Below are positions 24,848 to 37,066 of a stretch of DNA of 64,000 bases, piece by piece (within the stretch, counting starts at the first letter, position 1; every line of letters starts with the position of its first letter). The DNA comes from Pristiophorus japonicus (lineage: Eukaryota), in contig NC_091984.1 of NCBI RefSeq assembly GCF_044704955.1, positions 193,998,001 to 194,062,000 of the forward strand. Reading direction: 5' to 3'. Position numbers and translations under genes: made by a program. The notes beneath the pieces are model-generated. The model did no database searches. It saw only the letters and a list, made by a program, of their open reading frames with translations, and was not told the origin of the DNA.

Positions 24848-26060
24848 TGGCCCCAAGTTTCCACACGCGGCAAAACAGGTGCCCCTCCGAGCTGGGCGCC
24901 CGTTTTTTGCGCCGGAAACGGCGCCTGAAAGAAAACGCGCTATTCTCGAGCGCTTTGCAGCTCGATGTCAGCTTGGCGCGGCGCCCAGGGGGCGGAGCCT
25001 ACCACTCGCGCCGATTTTGTAAGTAGGAGGGGGCGGGTACCATTTAAATGAGTTTTTTTCGTGCCGGCAACCCTGCGCGTGCGCGTTGGAGCGTTCACGC
25101 ACGCGCAGTGTGAAGGAAACATTGGCACTCGGCCATTTTTGTAGTTCTTTGTAGCTGTTCAATTGTTAACATTTTTTAATAAAACCACATTGCCCTTCCA
25201 TGATCAGCACTGAGGCTTCTTGCAGCAGTGAGAAGGCTGCAGGAAGCCTCAGAAGTAGAGGCAGCCGTTTCCCGACGGGCCCGACCAACAGCAGGGGGGC
25301 CGCCCCCCCTCCCCCCGCCGTCGGGAATGGCTGCCTCAACTTCTGAGGCTTCCTGCAGCCTTCTCACTGCCTCGCCCCCGCTGCCTCCCCCGCCCCTGCC
25401 GTCGGGAACGGCTGTCTCCTACCTGCCTCCCCCCCGCTGCCGTCGGTCGGGCCCTTACTGTCCCCCCCCCCCCCGCTGTCGGGAACGGCTGCTGCCGTCG
25501 GTCGGGCCCTTACTGCCTCCCCCCCTTGCCGTCGGGAACGGCTGCCTCAACTTGTGAGACTTCCTGCAGCCTTCTCCCTGCCTGAAGCACTTTCACACAG
25601 GTAGGAACATGGTTTATTTAATCTTTTCTTTGCTTATAAATTTTTATTCAGGTTGGAATTATTTGTATATTTGTATAAGTATAACTAAGGATTTATTGTA
25701 GAATGCAATGACTTCCCTTCCCCCCTCCCCTCCCCCACCACCTCGTTCCGGACGGGTAATTTGTAACCTGCGCCTGGTTTTTTAATGTGTAGACAAGGTT
25801 TTTTCAGGCCTACAAAAATCTTCACTTGCTCCATTCTAAGTTAGTTTGGAGTACGTTTTCACTGTGGAAACTTTCAAATCAGGCGTCAGTGGCCGGACAT
25901 GCCCCTTTTTGAAAAAAAAATTCTGTTCAAAAGTGAAACTGTTCTAACTGACTAGAATTGCAGAAAACTTAAATGTGGAGAATTGCGATTTCTAAGATAC
26001 TCGGTTCTCCACCAGTTGCTCCTAAAAATCAGGAGCAAATCATGTGGAAATTTGGGCCCA
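24848..26060. mobile_element. Non-autonomous Harbinger-type element, copy B (inverted relative to copy A)
   Basis: TIRs tggccccaagtttccaca / tgtggaaatttgggccca. Both arms align to the reverse complement of 21532-22788. Confidence 0.85.
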
Positions 26061-26125
26061 AGTTTCTATGTTTCTAACTAAACAGTACTGATGCATCCAG
26101 AAAAATTAGGCACCCAACAATAATA

Positions 26126-26512
26126 TGACCTAACAGAGGTCTTTAAAATTATGAAAGGTTTTGATAGAGTGGATGCAGAGAGAATGTTTCCACTTGTGGG
26201 GAAGAGCATAACTAAAGGCCATCAATATAAGATAGTCACTAAGAAATCCAATAGGGAATTCAGAAGAAAATTCTTTACCCAAAGAGTGGTCAGAATGTGG
26301 AACTCGCTACCACAGGGAGTGGTTGAAGTGAATAGTATAGTTGCATTTAAGGGGAGGCTAGACAAGCATATGAGGTAGAAGGGAATAGAGGGTTATGCGG
26401 ATAGATTTAGAGGAGGAAAGATGGGAGGAGGCTCGAGGGGAGCATAAACGATGGCATGGACTGGTTGGGCCGAATGGCCTGTTTCTCTGCCATATATCCT
26501 ATGTAATCCTGT
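26126..26512 (+). mobile_element. CR1 3' fragment
   Basis: MKGFDRVDAERMFPL...FFTQRVVRMWNSLP. Confidence 0.85.
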
Positions 26513-26514
26513 CT

Positions 26515-28962
26515 AACATGCATTTATATAGTGCCTTTAACATAGGAAAATATGACAAGGTGCTTCACAGGAGCCTAATAAGAAAAAAATTGCCGCCGAG
26601 CCAAAGGAGATATTAGGACAGGTAATGAAATGCTTGGTAAAAGAAGTATGCTTTAAGGATTGTCTTAAAGGAGCAGAGAGATAGATCAGTTTATGGAGAG
26701 ATTTCCAGAGCTTAGGACCTATATGGCTGAAGGCAAGACTGCCAATGTTGGGGCGAAGGGAGTGGGAGATGGACAAAAGTCCAGAGTTGGAGGAACGCAG
26801 AGCACTTAAAAACATAGAAACATAGAAAATAGGTGCAGGAGTAGGCCATTCGGCCCTTCGAGCCTGCACCACCATTCAATAAGATCATGGCTGATCATTC
26901 ATCTCAGTAACCCTTTCCTGCTTTCTCTCCATACCCCTTGATCCCTTTAGCTGTCAGGGCCATATCTAACGCCCCCTTGAATATATCCAATGAACTGGCA
27001 TCAACAACTCTCTGCGGTAGGGAATTCCACAGGTTAACAACTCTTTGAGTGAAGAAGCTTCTCCTCATCTCAGTCCTAAATGGCTTACCCCTTATCCTTA
27101 AACTATGTCCCCTGGTTCTGGACTTCCCAAGATCTGGAACATTATTCCTGCATCTAACCTGTCCAGTCCCGTCAGAATTTTATATGTTTCTATGAGATCC
27201 CCTCCCTCATCCTTCTAAACTCCAGTGAATACAGGCCCAGTCGATCCAGTCTCTCCTCATATGTCAGTCCTGCCATCCCGGGAATCAGTCTGGTGAACCT
27301 TCGCTGCAATCCCTCAATAGCAAGAACGTCCTTCCTCAGATTAGGAGACCAAAACTGAACACAATATTCCAGGTGAGGCCTCACTAAGGCTCTGTACAAC
27401 TGCAGTAAGACCTCCCTGCTCCTATACTCAAATCCTCTAGCTATGAAGGCCAACATATAAATTGCCTTCTTCACCACCTGCTGTACCTGCATGCCAACTT
27501 TCAATGACTGATGTACCATGACACTCAGGTCTCCCCTTTTCCTAATCTACCACCATTCAGATAATATTCTGCCTTTGTGTTTTTTCCACCAAAGTGGATA
27601 ACCTCACATTTATCCACATTATACTGCATCTGCCACGCGTTTGGCTACTCACCTAACCTGTCCAAGTCACCCTGCAGCCTTTCAGCGTCCTCTTCACAGC
27701 TCACACTGTCACTCAGCTTAGTGTCATCTGCAAACTTGGTGATGCTACACTCAATTCCCTCATCCAAATCATTAAAGTATATTGTAAAGAGCTGGGGTCC
27801 CAGCACTGAGCCTTGCGGCACCCCACTAGTCATTGCCTGCCATTCTGAAAAGGACCCGTTTATCCCGACTCTTTGCTTCCTGTCTGCCAACCAGTTCTCT
27901 ATCCATGTCAGTACATTACCTCCAATACCATGTGCTTTAATTTTGCACACCAATCTCTTGTGTGGGACGTTGTCAAAATCCTTTTGAAAGTCCAAATACA
28001 CCACATCCACTGGTTCTCCCTTGTCCACTCTATCAGTTACATTCTCAAAACATTCTAGAAGATTTGTCAAGCAGGATTTCCCTTTCATAAATCCATGCTG
28101 ACTTGGACCGATCCCGTCACTGCTTTCCAAATGTGCTGCTATTTCATCTTTAATAATTGATTCCAACATTTTCCCCACTACTGATGTCAGTTTAAACGGT
28201 CTGTAATTATCCGTTTTCTCTCTCCCTCCTTTTTTAAAAAGTGGTGTTACATTAGCTCCCCTCCAGTCCATAGGAACCGATCCAGAGTCGATAGACTGTT
28301 GGAAAATGATCACTAATGCATCCACTATTTCTAGGGCTACTTCCTTAAGTACTCTGGGATGCAGACTGTCAGGCCCCAGGGATTTATCGGCCTTCAATCC
28401 CACCAATTTCCCGAACACAATTTCCCGCCTAATAAGGATTTCCTTCAGTTCCTCCTTCTCACTAGACTCTCGGTCCCCTAGTATTTCCGGAAGTTTATTT
28501 GTGTCTTCCTTCGTGAAGACAGAACGAAAGTATTTGTTTAACAGGTCCGCGATTTCTTTGTTCCTCATTATAAATTCACCTGAATCTGACTACAAGGGAC
28601 CTACGTTTGTTTTCACTAATCTTTTTCTCTTCATATATCTATAGAAGCTTTTGCAGTCAGTGTTGTGAGTTGTAAGGCTGGAGGAGGTAACATAGATAAG
28701 GAGGGTGAAGGGCATGGAGGGATTTGAACACGAGGATGAGAATTTCTAAATGGAGACCTTGTTGGACCGGGAGCCAATGTAGATTAAAGAGCACGGGTGA
28801 TGGGTGGGTGGGACTTGGTGTAGGTTAGCTTACCGGTAGAAGAGTTTTGGATAAGCTTAAATTTATGGAGGGTGGACGATTGGAGGCCAGTCAGGAGCGT
28901 ATTGGAAAAGTGGTAACAAAAACATGGATGAGGGTTTCAGCAGCAGAGAAGCTGAAGGAAGG
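26515..28962 (-). mobile_element. L2-clade LINE 3' fragment (26515-26806 and 28663-28962) split by a CR1
   Basis: Reverse-complement match to the L2 at 33185-33702 on both sides of the CR1 (LRSSNSGLL...AFS..GPKLW; cattggctccc). Confidence 0.75.
26810..28662 (-). mobile_element. CR1 fragment (RT to 3' end)
   Basis: ORFs 27645-28568 and 27190-27519 carry CR1 RT motifs. The acatagaa tail repeats are at 26810-26828. Confidence 0.95.
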
Positions 28963-29589
28963 GCTTCAGTGTTGTCTGCATCAACTACTCTCTGTGCCAA
29001 ATTATTCTGTGCTCTAACAAATCTCTGCATAAAGAATTGTTTTCTTAATCCCCTCCTCACTTCTAAATTGATGACTCTCTCCTCAATGACTTCACTTTTT
29101 TGGATGAAGGGATTTTTGGAAATTGGTTCAGTTTTACGGAAATGGAAGTGATTTGTGATGTTATAGATCACCTAAAGGTGCATAGTCTTTTGTACGTATT
29201 CCTATTGGACTGGCAATTTTACTTCAGTAGTCTGTAGTGATTTGGCCAAGTATTCCATTTTGCCTTCACTTGAGGTCATTCTATCTTTGCTTGGAAACAG
29301 CTTTTCATTTTTGCAGAGCTCCTTAAAATTCTGTTACCATGGGACAACAGCAGCAGAAATGATGACCTCAGGAACACTAGAAGAACTCGATTTGAGGGAA
29401 TACATCAGTAAATAATGCAGTTTGGTTTTCTAGTTGTACGTCCAAGTTTGTTTAATGTCATAATGAAATTTTAGTTTGTCTTTTTCACAGTTATATTACC
29501 CCAGTGAAATTTAATTTTTGCCTAACTAATAGATTCACCTTTGTAAGCTGTGGCTTCCTTGAAATAAGAGTTCATCTTCTAATCTGTCC

Positions 29590-31140
29590 ACCAACCTGCA
29601 CATATTTTGATATTGGAGAGAGAACATTTGATCTACTAATCAGTGATAAGCCTGAGATGGTGGAAAAATCTATCGGTTGAGGAAGCACATTAGTAGCAGC
29701 AATCATAACACCGTCACTATCATCCTAGGGAGGTGAATGGCCTTATGAAGAAAAAATACTTTAAATAATCTGAAAAATGGGTGAAGGAAGAAGACTAGCA
29801 AACAAAATTTTGATGCTAACACAAAATTAGAAGAGCAAATTGTAACAGGGAATATGAGGAAAACAGACTTTGTGATCACAGTAGCAAACTGTAAATGAGT
29901 TTATAAGGATGAGAGTGAGATTAAATTTAAGATGAATCTTCTGAGTTATGTTCTCAGAATAATTTATAGCATGTGTTGATAGGGTTCCAAACAGGTAACA
30001 AAAGTATTGGATGGTGCACCTAAATATTTGGAAAAACCAGAAGTTAGCAAAAACAGTTATTAAGAATCTAAAGTACTCAAAGGTTCATAAAGCATTACCT
30101 TGGGTGAAATACATATTTGAGTACTGAATGAAAGGAAAATAAAAGCATGATGGCACATTGCATGAGTGTGGGAATATGTGGCATGAAAGGATAGTGAGTT
30201 ACCTATATTAATCATAGAGCAAGGATGTGGGACATACAGAGGGAGAAATGGAAAATTGAAGGATAAATTATTCTGATCAATTCGTGCACAACCACTAGCA
30301 GGTAGTTAGAAAGTAATATTGATATGCCTGGAATTAGATTATTTTCCCTCCCACTTGGGCGAGGTATTATGCCTTTGGCCAAATATGCTTAAATCAGAAG
30401 AGGTGATAATCATTTATCAAAAATATATGAATAAAGATGGATTAGGGGGTTTGGTGGCAGAAGTTCTGAGAAACTAATTTCTCCCAGAGGCAGTACAGAG
30501 GATTAAAGGATGACTAATGTAATTCTGATTTTAATAAAAGGGTCAGAGGCATGATTTGAGGAAATTATGGCCTGATGGTTTGACATTTATAATGGGGAAC
30601 TATTGGAGTTTATTGCAAAGGAAGCAACTTAGAGCAGATGTAGTAAGAATAAAGGCAACAAATCCAAGCAATATAAGTACATGAAAGGCAGATTGTACCA
30701 AACATTTGTTGAATCTTTTGAGATAGATGAAGTGGATGGAGATAAGGCTGTATATGTTGTAGACATTGACTTTCAGAAAGTATTTGATGAGGTCCCTCAT
30801 GAGATATATAGATTTAATGAAACCTCATGGAATCCATGATTAAATTGTAAATTGGATTATTATTGTCTAGGTAGAATCAGATGGTGGCTATCAATGGTAA
30901 TAGTTTCCACTGGGCAATTGTAACCATTGGATTACCGTAAATATAGTTTTGAAACCAAGAATGTTCATAACACTGATTAATGACCTTGACTAAGGTATTT
31001 TAAGTAGTTTATGTAAGTTAGCTGATGAGACCAAATTGTGTGGAAAATCAGGCTACGTGAAAGATGGATATTGTACAAAGAGATTGAGGAATTTATTGGC
31101 TGGGCATAATAATGCAAATGGAATTTACAATAAGCTCAGA
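29590..31140 (+). mobile_element. Ancient, heavily decayed CR1-like LINE
   Basis: Residual motifs gactttcagaaagtatttgatgaggtccctcat (DFQKVFDEVPH) and gctgatgagaccaaattg (ADETKL). The 5' boundary is uncertain. Confidence 0.55.
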
Positions 31141-31642
31141 GAAGTGATACTAACTGTTTGTGAAGTATTCTGAAAATATTCCTCCAATAGTTCTTTCAAT
31201 TCAAGTCAATGGTGGTAGTTCTCTCCTGGCTTTTATTTCCATTGACTTCAACATTTAGATGTAAAATGGACTGCCGACTGACTACAGCACAAAGTCAAGA
31301 TCTCCCCCAATGTATTTATTAAAAAGCGCACATGAAGGTATTGGAGAGGGATCAATGCAAGGTGACGGTAAGGATACTTAATTTTTAAGCAATAAGCTAT
31401 AAAAGGAGAAAGGGGAGTTAGATCTATTCTCATTAGGGGAAACATTGATGACCAAAGGGACATCATCTTCTAAATTTATTTTAAAAACTCCAATTAAGTG
31501 ACAGGGATAATTCAATTGACATTTTTATGTGGGCTTAATTTCATTATTTATATCAATTGAAAGCTCTTTGAACACCATACCATTCAATCAGCACTAATTG
31601 TTGTGCAGAGGTCTACTTCATTGGTTGACTTGTTGCATTCGG

Positions 31643-31850
31643 CAAAATGCTGAAGACAACTTCACCTTTTTACCCTTTGAGTGCAATTTGTCTTGTGAGT
31701 AACAAAGCAGCTTGCTTTGCACCACTTTTAGCTATAAATCTAATCCATGTGAAACAAAAAAAATATCAAGGAAAAGCAATTAACATACTTTTGCTTGGGT
31801 GTCGAGGGACATTAAAATAAAAGTCAATTGAACAAGAAAAGCTTTCCTGT
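31643..31850. repeat. Left arm of a long inverted repeat (partner at 34360-34560)
   Basis: Includes ctttgcaccacttttagctataaatctaat, mirrored by attagatttatagctaaaagtggtgcaaa at about 34459. Confidence 0.85.
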
Positions 31851-32026
31851 GATTGAATCATGATTTCATTCCTCAAGTTTACTCCCGGTAGCTCCATGCA
31901 AAATGTATTAATAATTATAAATTACTGCCAATGTTTTATTTAATGGTATATTTTCTGAGTTATTTTCTCTTCACTTTCCATCAACATCACTTCTTGACCA
32001 AACGGACAAGTAGGCAATTGGTTTCC

Positions 32027-32648
32027 GGAGTAGAAATTGGTCCGGGCCCGTTTTGTCGGCAGTATCCAAGAGGCCCGAGGATCGATAGAAGTTGGTCCTT
32101 GAGCCACGTTTGAATAATTGGGTGAGCTTCAGGCACTGGTCGCGCCTTCACTGGCAGCTCGCCCGACTGGGGAAATACAATCACCAGGAAAAGCCTTTGG
32201 ATGCACCCTGGGAGGCATATTAGAGCAGGCCACAGGGAAGGCCAATTGCGATGCCTGTGGACACTTGGGGGTGGTGGCGGTGGGGGGGGGGAGGACAACA
32301 CTTTTGCTCCTCCTAGCTCCACAGGAAGGGTTTAAAAAAAAATCTCAAACTTACAGCGCCCGCTGAAAAATCCTGACTGGGACAGGTCCGAAGCCTGCCC
32401 TGTCCCTCGGAACTAATTTTGAAAAGAGGAACTTCAGCAGGCATTAGGCCCCTCATTAACATATTCAAGGGGCCTAATGCCTATTTTTGGTGTCCGCCCA
32501 GGAGGCCTACAAAATAGGACCCATGAATTTAGCTGTGGGACTAACAGCTGCAAAGATTGGGCACTGGCCATTCCACTACTACATTGGTATGCTTTATGCC
32601 CATATTCTGGGTGTAGACTAGGCACAACACAAGCCAATTTCTATCCCC
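32027..32648. mobile_element. Harbinger-type MITE
   Basis: TIRs ggagtagaaattgg / ccaatttctatcccc around a GC-rich interior. Confidence 0.6.
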
Positions 32649-33184
32649 TGTGCCTCTGAGTGATGTCCAGCAAACGGTGCCAGTCAGTATACATGCACAG
32701 CTCTTGACTGAACGACTCTCTGATTTTTGTGTCCTTCTGTGGAAAGGTCTGGTCTCCTCCCAAGTGCCCCTTCTCCTCCAGCACCAGTCATGACAATCCA
32801 GCTGAGAAATGAAAATCATCAGTGGATGTTGGGAGGTTGAGAGTGGATACTTCTTTTATGAAAAACAGGAGAATGTCTGTTCTTTGTAATTACTGGCCTC
32901 CGAAGGAAATTGCATTCTCAGAAATCACATGCTTCAAAAGCCACATGTTTCTTTGATTTTGTCAATGGATGAATTGTGGAACAAAAACAGGCATTCCCTC
33001 ATCTTTTGTTTAAAGAAAATGTCATCTCCTCGGAGGACTCATGATGCTAAATCTGCACTGTACAGTGCACCAGTGTGCTCCATCAACAAGCAACTGATTA
33101 ACAGTATGTAACAAGATTAACAGTAACAAGATGTAAATAATTATTCATTAAACTGTTAGCTACAACAATTGCTTTTAGAATTGC

Positions 33185-33702
33185 ACCCTCCGTAAACTTG
33201 AGCTCATCCAGAACTCTGCTGCCCATATCCTAATTTGCACCAAATCCCCTTCACCCATCACCGCTGTGTTCGCTGGACTACATTGGCTCCCAGTTGGTCA
33301 ACACCTTGATTTTAAAATCCTTATCCTTGTTTTCAAATCCCTCCATGGCCCCGCCCCTCCCTATCTCTGCAAGCTCCTCCAGCCCTTCAACCCTCCGAGA
33401 TCCATTCGCTCCTCCAATTCTGGCATCTTGCCCATCACCAATTTCCTTTGCTCTACCATTAGAGGCCATGCCTTCAACTATCTAGGACCTAAGCTCAGGA
33501 ATTCCCTCCCTAAAGCACTCTGCCTCTCTTTCCTGCTTTTAAGTCAATCCTTGAAACTTTCCTCTTTGACCAAGCCTTTGGTCACCTGTCCTGCTATCTC
33601 TTTATGTGGCTCGGTGTCAAATTTTCTCTGATAACGCTCCTGTGAAGCAGCTTGGGGTGTTTTACGACGTTTAAGATGCTATATAAATGCAAGTTGTTAT
33701 TG
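33185..33702 (+). mobile_element. L2-clade LINE 3' fragment
   Basis: LELIQNSAA...LHWLPV...FKILILVFK, with tail gctatataaatgcaagttgtt. Confidence 0.85.
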
Positions 33703-34359
33703 AGTACAACTAATTTTGAAACTCGGCCTGCAAAGGAGACATGGTGTCAAGGCAGAATGGAACTCAAACTTAACACACTGGAATGGTAGGACATACAAGC
33801 ATTTTCCTACAGTGTGAGTTTCCAGATCTCAGCTATGGGTTCATGGAAAGTGAACAAGTGGAGTTGCACTCAGCTGCTCGCTTGCATCTCCCGCCTAATG
33901 GCCCGTCATAGACAGTCATGAGTAAATGTCCCTTTCACCTGGCATGCTGTGTGGTAAGTTTAGACCAGAAAGGAAAGAGGAAAAACACAATGAAAATAAA
34001 TAAGAGAGCTTAGTTATGCGGCCATCATGCAATATAGCAGTTTTGTCTCCCACTGGCTACAGAAATAGGTTAACTCACACAAACCTGTAGCACAGTACAC
34101 TTAAATTAATGAACAATTTTCTAGTATATTTACAGTTTAAAATATCTGGCTTATGTTAAATACTCTTTAACCCACATTTTTGTAAAAATACCAACCAGGC
34201 GACAACATTATGTTTTTGCTGCTTTGGCAAAAGTTAGTGTAAATGCATCTAAGTGCTTATTTAATTGTTGATAATTGAGAACTGGATTTATCCTGAGCAC
34301 TGATATTTCTAAGTAGTTATCATGGAAAAGTACATGCTGGAAGAATGATATAAAAAGTG

Positions 34360-34560
34360 TAAAGCTCTCTCTGTACAGTCCTTTGACTTTTATTTTCACG
34401 TTCCTTCAGGGCACCCAAGCAAAAATACTATAATTGCTTTTGCTTAATATTTATTTTTATTAGATTTATAGCTAAAAGTGGTGCAAACCAGGCTGCTTTG
34501 TTAAACACAAGACAAATTATATTCAAAGGGTAAAGAGGTGAAGCTGTCCTCAGCGTTTTG
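34360..34560. repeat. Right arm of a long inverted repeat (partner at 31643-31850)
   Basis: Reverse complement of the left arm, with about 11 mismatches over the best 100 bp (counted by eye). Confidence 0.85.
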
Positions 34561-34774
34561 TTTTTGTCAACGAATTATACAGTGGATTAACCCTTTGGAT
34601 ACTGAATCTCCTTTCAATGTTGAAGTCATACACATGCTGTCTGTCTTATGTGCAGGACTGATATTTTGTCTATTTTGAACACTGAATACAGTATAAATCA
34701 GAACAAGAGGATGTAATGAGCCAGAGGAAAGATTATAACAACTTCAATTTTTTGTTGTTGTACAAAACTTGATA

Positions 34775-35140
34775 CCGGTTTAAAATTTTCATCCTTGTTA
34801 TCGTATCCGTAATTGGCCTCGCTCCTCCCTATCTCTGTAACCTCCTCCCGCCGTACAATCCTCAGATCTCTGCGCTCTTCCAATTCTGGCCGATTGCACA
34901 TCCCTGATTTTAATCATTCCACCATTGGCAACTGTGTCTGCGGGTGCTTAGGCCCTAACCTCTGAAATTCCCTCCCTAAACTTCTCTGATTCGCTACCTC
35001 TCTCACCTCCTTTAAATCTACATCTTTGTCCAAGCTTTCGGTCACCTGTCCTCATATCTTATGTGCCAAATTTTATTGGTAAAGCACCATGGGACATTTT
35101 ACTACATTAAAGGCACTATATAAATGCAGGTTGTTGTTGA
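34775..35140 (+). mobile_element. L2-clade LINE 3' fragment
   Basis: Homologous to 33310-33702, with the same tail. Confidence 0.8.
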
Positions 35141-35484
35141 TAATAAAGATTGCTTGCTATGATTAGTCGCCAACTTCATTATCGTTGCATCATGGGTCTA
35201 CCAGAATGGTAGAAGACAAGCTAGATGGATTTTGGTCTTTTCTCGACTGGTAATTCCTATGTTCCTATGTACCGTCCCAATACATCCTTCATTTATCTCT
35301 TTCTCTATCCCATTCTCCAACCCTCTAAAGGCTCATCAACTGCTCTAACGTTTGCCTTATTCCGATTGCCACTGTAAACATACACCTTGAATTGGTTCTG
35401 AAATAGGATTTGCTACTTTGCGCTATGTATTGTCCAGACACCACTTCTGTAGCACTGAAATGCAATCAGTCGCAGAATTCATAC

Positions 35485-35812
35485 AGAGGGAGTGCTGCCC
35501 TGTCGGAGGTGCCGTCTTTCAGATAAGACGTTAAACCAAAGGCTTCATCTGCCCTCTCAGGTGGATAGAAAAGTTCCCACGGCATTATTTTGAAGAAAAC
35601 AGAGTTCTTCCAATATTTATCCCTCAACCAACAGCACTAAAATAGGTTATCTCATCATCTCAATGATGTTTGTCGGAGCTTGCTGTGTGAACATTGCTGT
35701 CGTCTTTCCTACATTACTACAGTGACCACACTTCAAAAGTACTTCATTGGCTGTAAAGCAATTTTGGACGTCCTGAGGTTGTGAAAGGCTCTATATGAAT
35801 GCAAGTCTTTCC
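35485..35812 (+). mobile_element. Deu-domain SINE, 5' part missing or degraded
   Basis: Core ggtgccgtctttcagataagacgttaaacc and tail gtgaaaggctctatatgaatgcaagtctttc. Confidence 0.8.
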
Positions 35813-37066
35813 TTCTATAAACATTTTTCCCACTATTGATAACTCACCTTTGCCAATGGTGCTAAAAAGGAAGTTTAAATAGTTCCTAGGGGGTCCAAAC
35901 AACTGCCTGGGAACTTTTTGAAGCTTGCTTCATGCTAATTGCAGTTATACCTGCCAAAATCCAGTCTGTCTGGTTTCACTCCTGAGCTACATTCTACATT
36001 CTACACCAATGAGTAGCTGATACTGCTGGCAAACAGTGCAGTGTATCTGGCCCGTCACTGTGTAGATCCTCACTTTTCAGAACAGCTAATAGGGACCTGA
36101 CCACCTTTAGGGCAGGCCTGAGAATATACAAATGTTCTAATGTCCTCCAATACTCGGCTACTTCAGTTACTGCCTTCAAAGGTCAGCACAGTATACACTT
36201 CCTCACTAAATTATGATTGATGAGTAAGTTCTTGCTATAATAATTCAGGAAATTACATTCCATTAACAATTACATTAAGTACTAGTGAAAATATTCATAA
36301 AATCACTCGGGTCCCTCTTGTTTCTGCTTCCATTTCAGTTACTAATTAAATGGCCCTGTTAAAGCTTGTCTTTTCCTAACACCTGCTATTATTCTCTGTT
36401 ATGTAACATCTGAACATAACCCTCTTACGCACATCTTTACGGTGCTCTCTTAATGTGCAGCTTTCTCTTTGATTATTTGATTGTTTTGTCTTGTTTTGTT
36501 TTATCTGTTTTATTTTCCCTCCTTCGTTTGTTTAAGCTCATTTAGACTCTCATAGCCCACGGAACATCAAACGGAGATGGTAAAACTGGTTATGTTAATT
36601 AGAAGGCCCGCGGTATCAAAGGAATACTCCAGAGGAAAGCTCTTCAGTGGCCTTATCCCGAAGCGTTCGTCAGAGAAATACCTTGTCAAAGAAAAAAAGC
36701 AACAATACCCCTCCCCACTTCTCCTTTAAAGACAATGTGCTGTGGTGGGTGGGTGGGGTAGAATAAATATGCAGTGCTGAGGTGACGATACCAAAGATCA
36801 TGTTTCCACGTCTCAATCCCAGTTCTGGCATGATGGTGAGACAGTCACAGTTTGGAATGTTTATTGAAAGTAATTACTGGGCTTCTTTTTGTAGATTCAT
36901 ATTGTTTTTCTTCCATCTTAACATCCATCTCTTGGATGAATAGTGTGAAGTGATGAACGGATTTGCAGGCTGATTAACCGTTTGGTAGGCTGCGATGTGA
37001 ACGCTCTTTCCGTGGCCATAACCAACTTGATACCAGCCGATAGGGTGGTCAGTCCTAGACTGTGGG

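Noticed and set aside
36545-36700. Small host exon candidates on either strand
   Set aside because: Splice-like signals are present, but the peptides are unrecognisable and no consistent multi-exon frame could be built.
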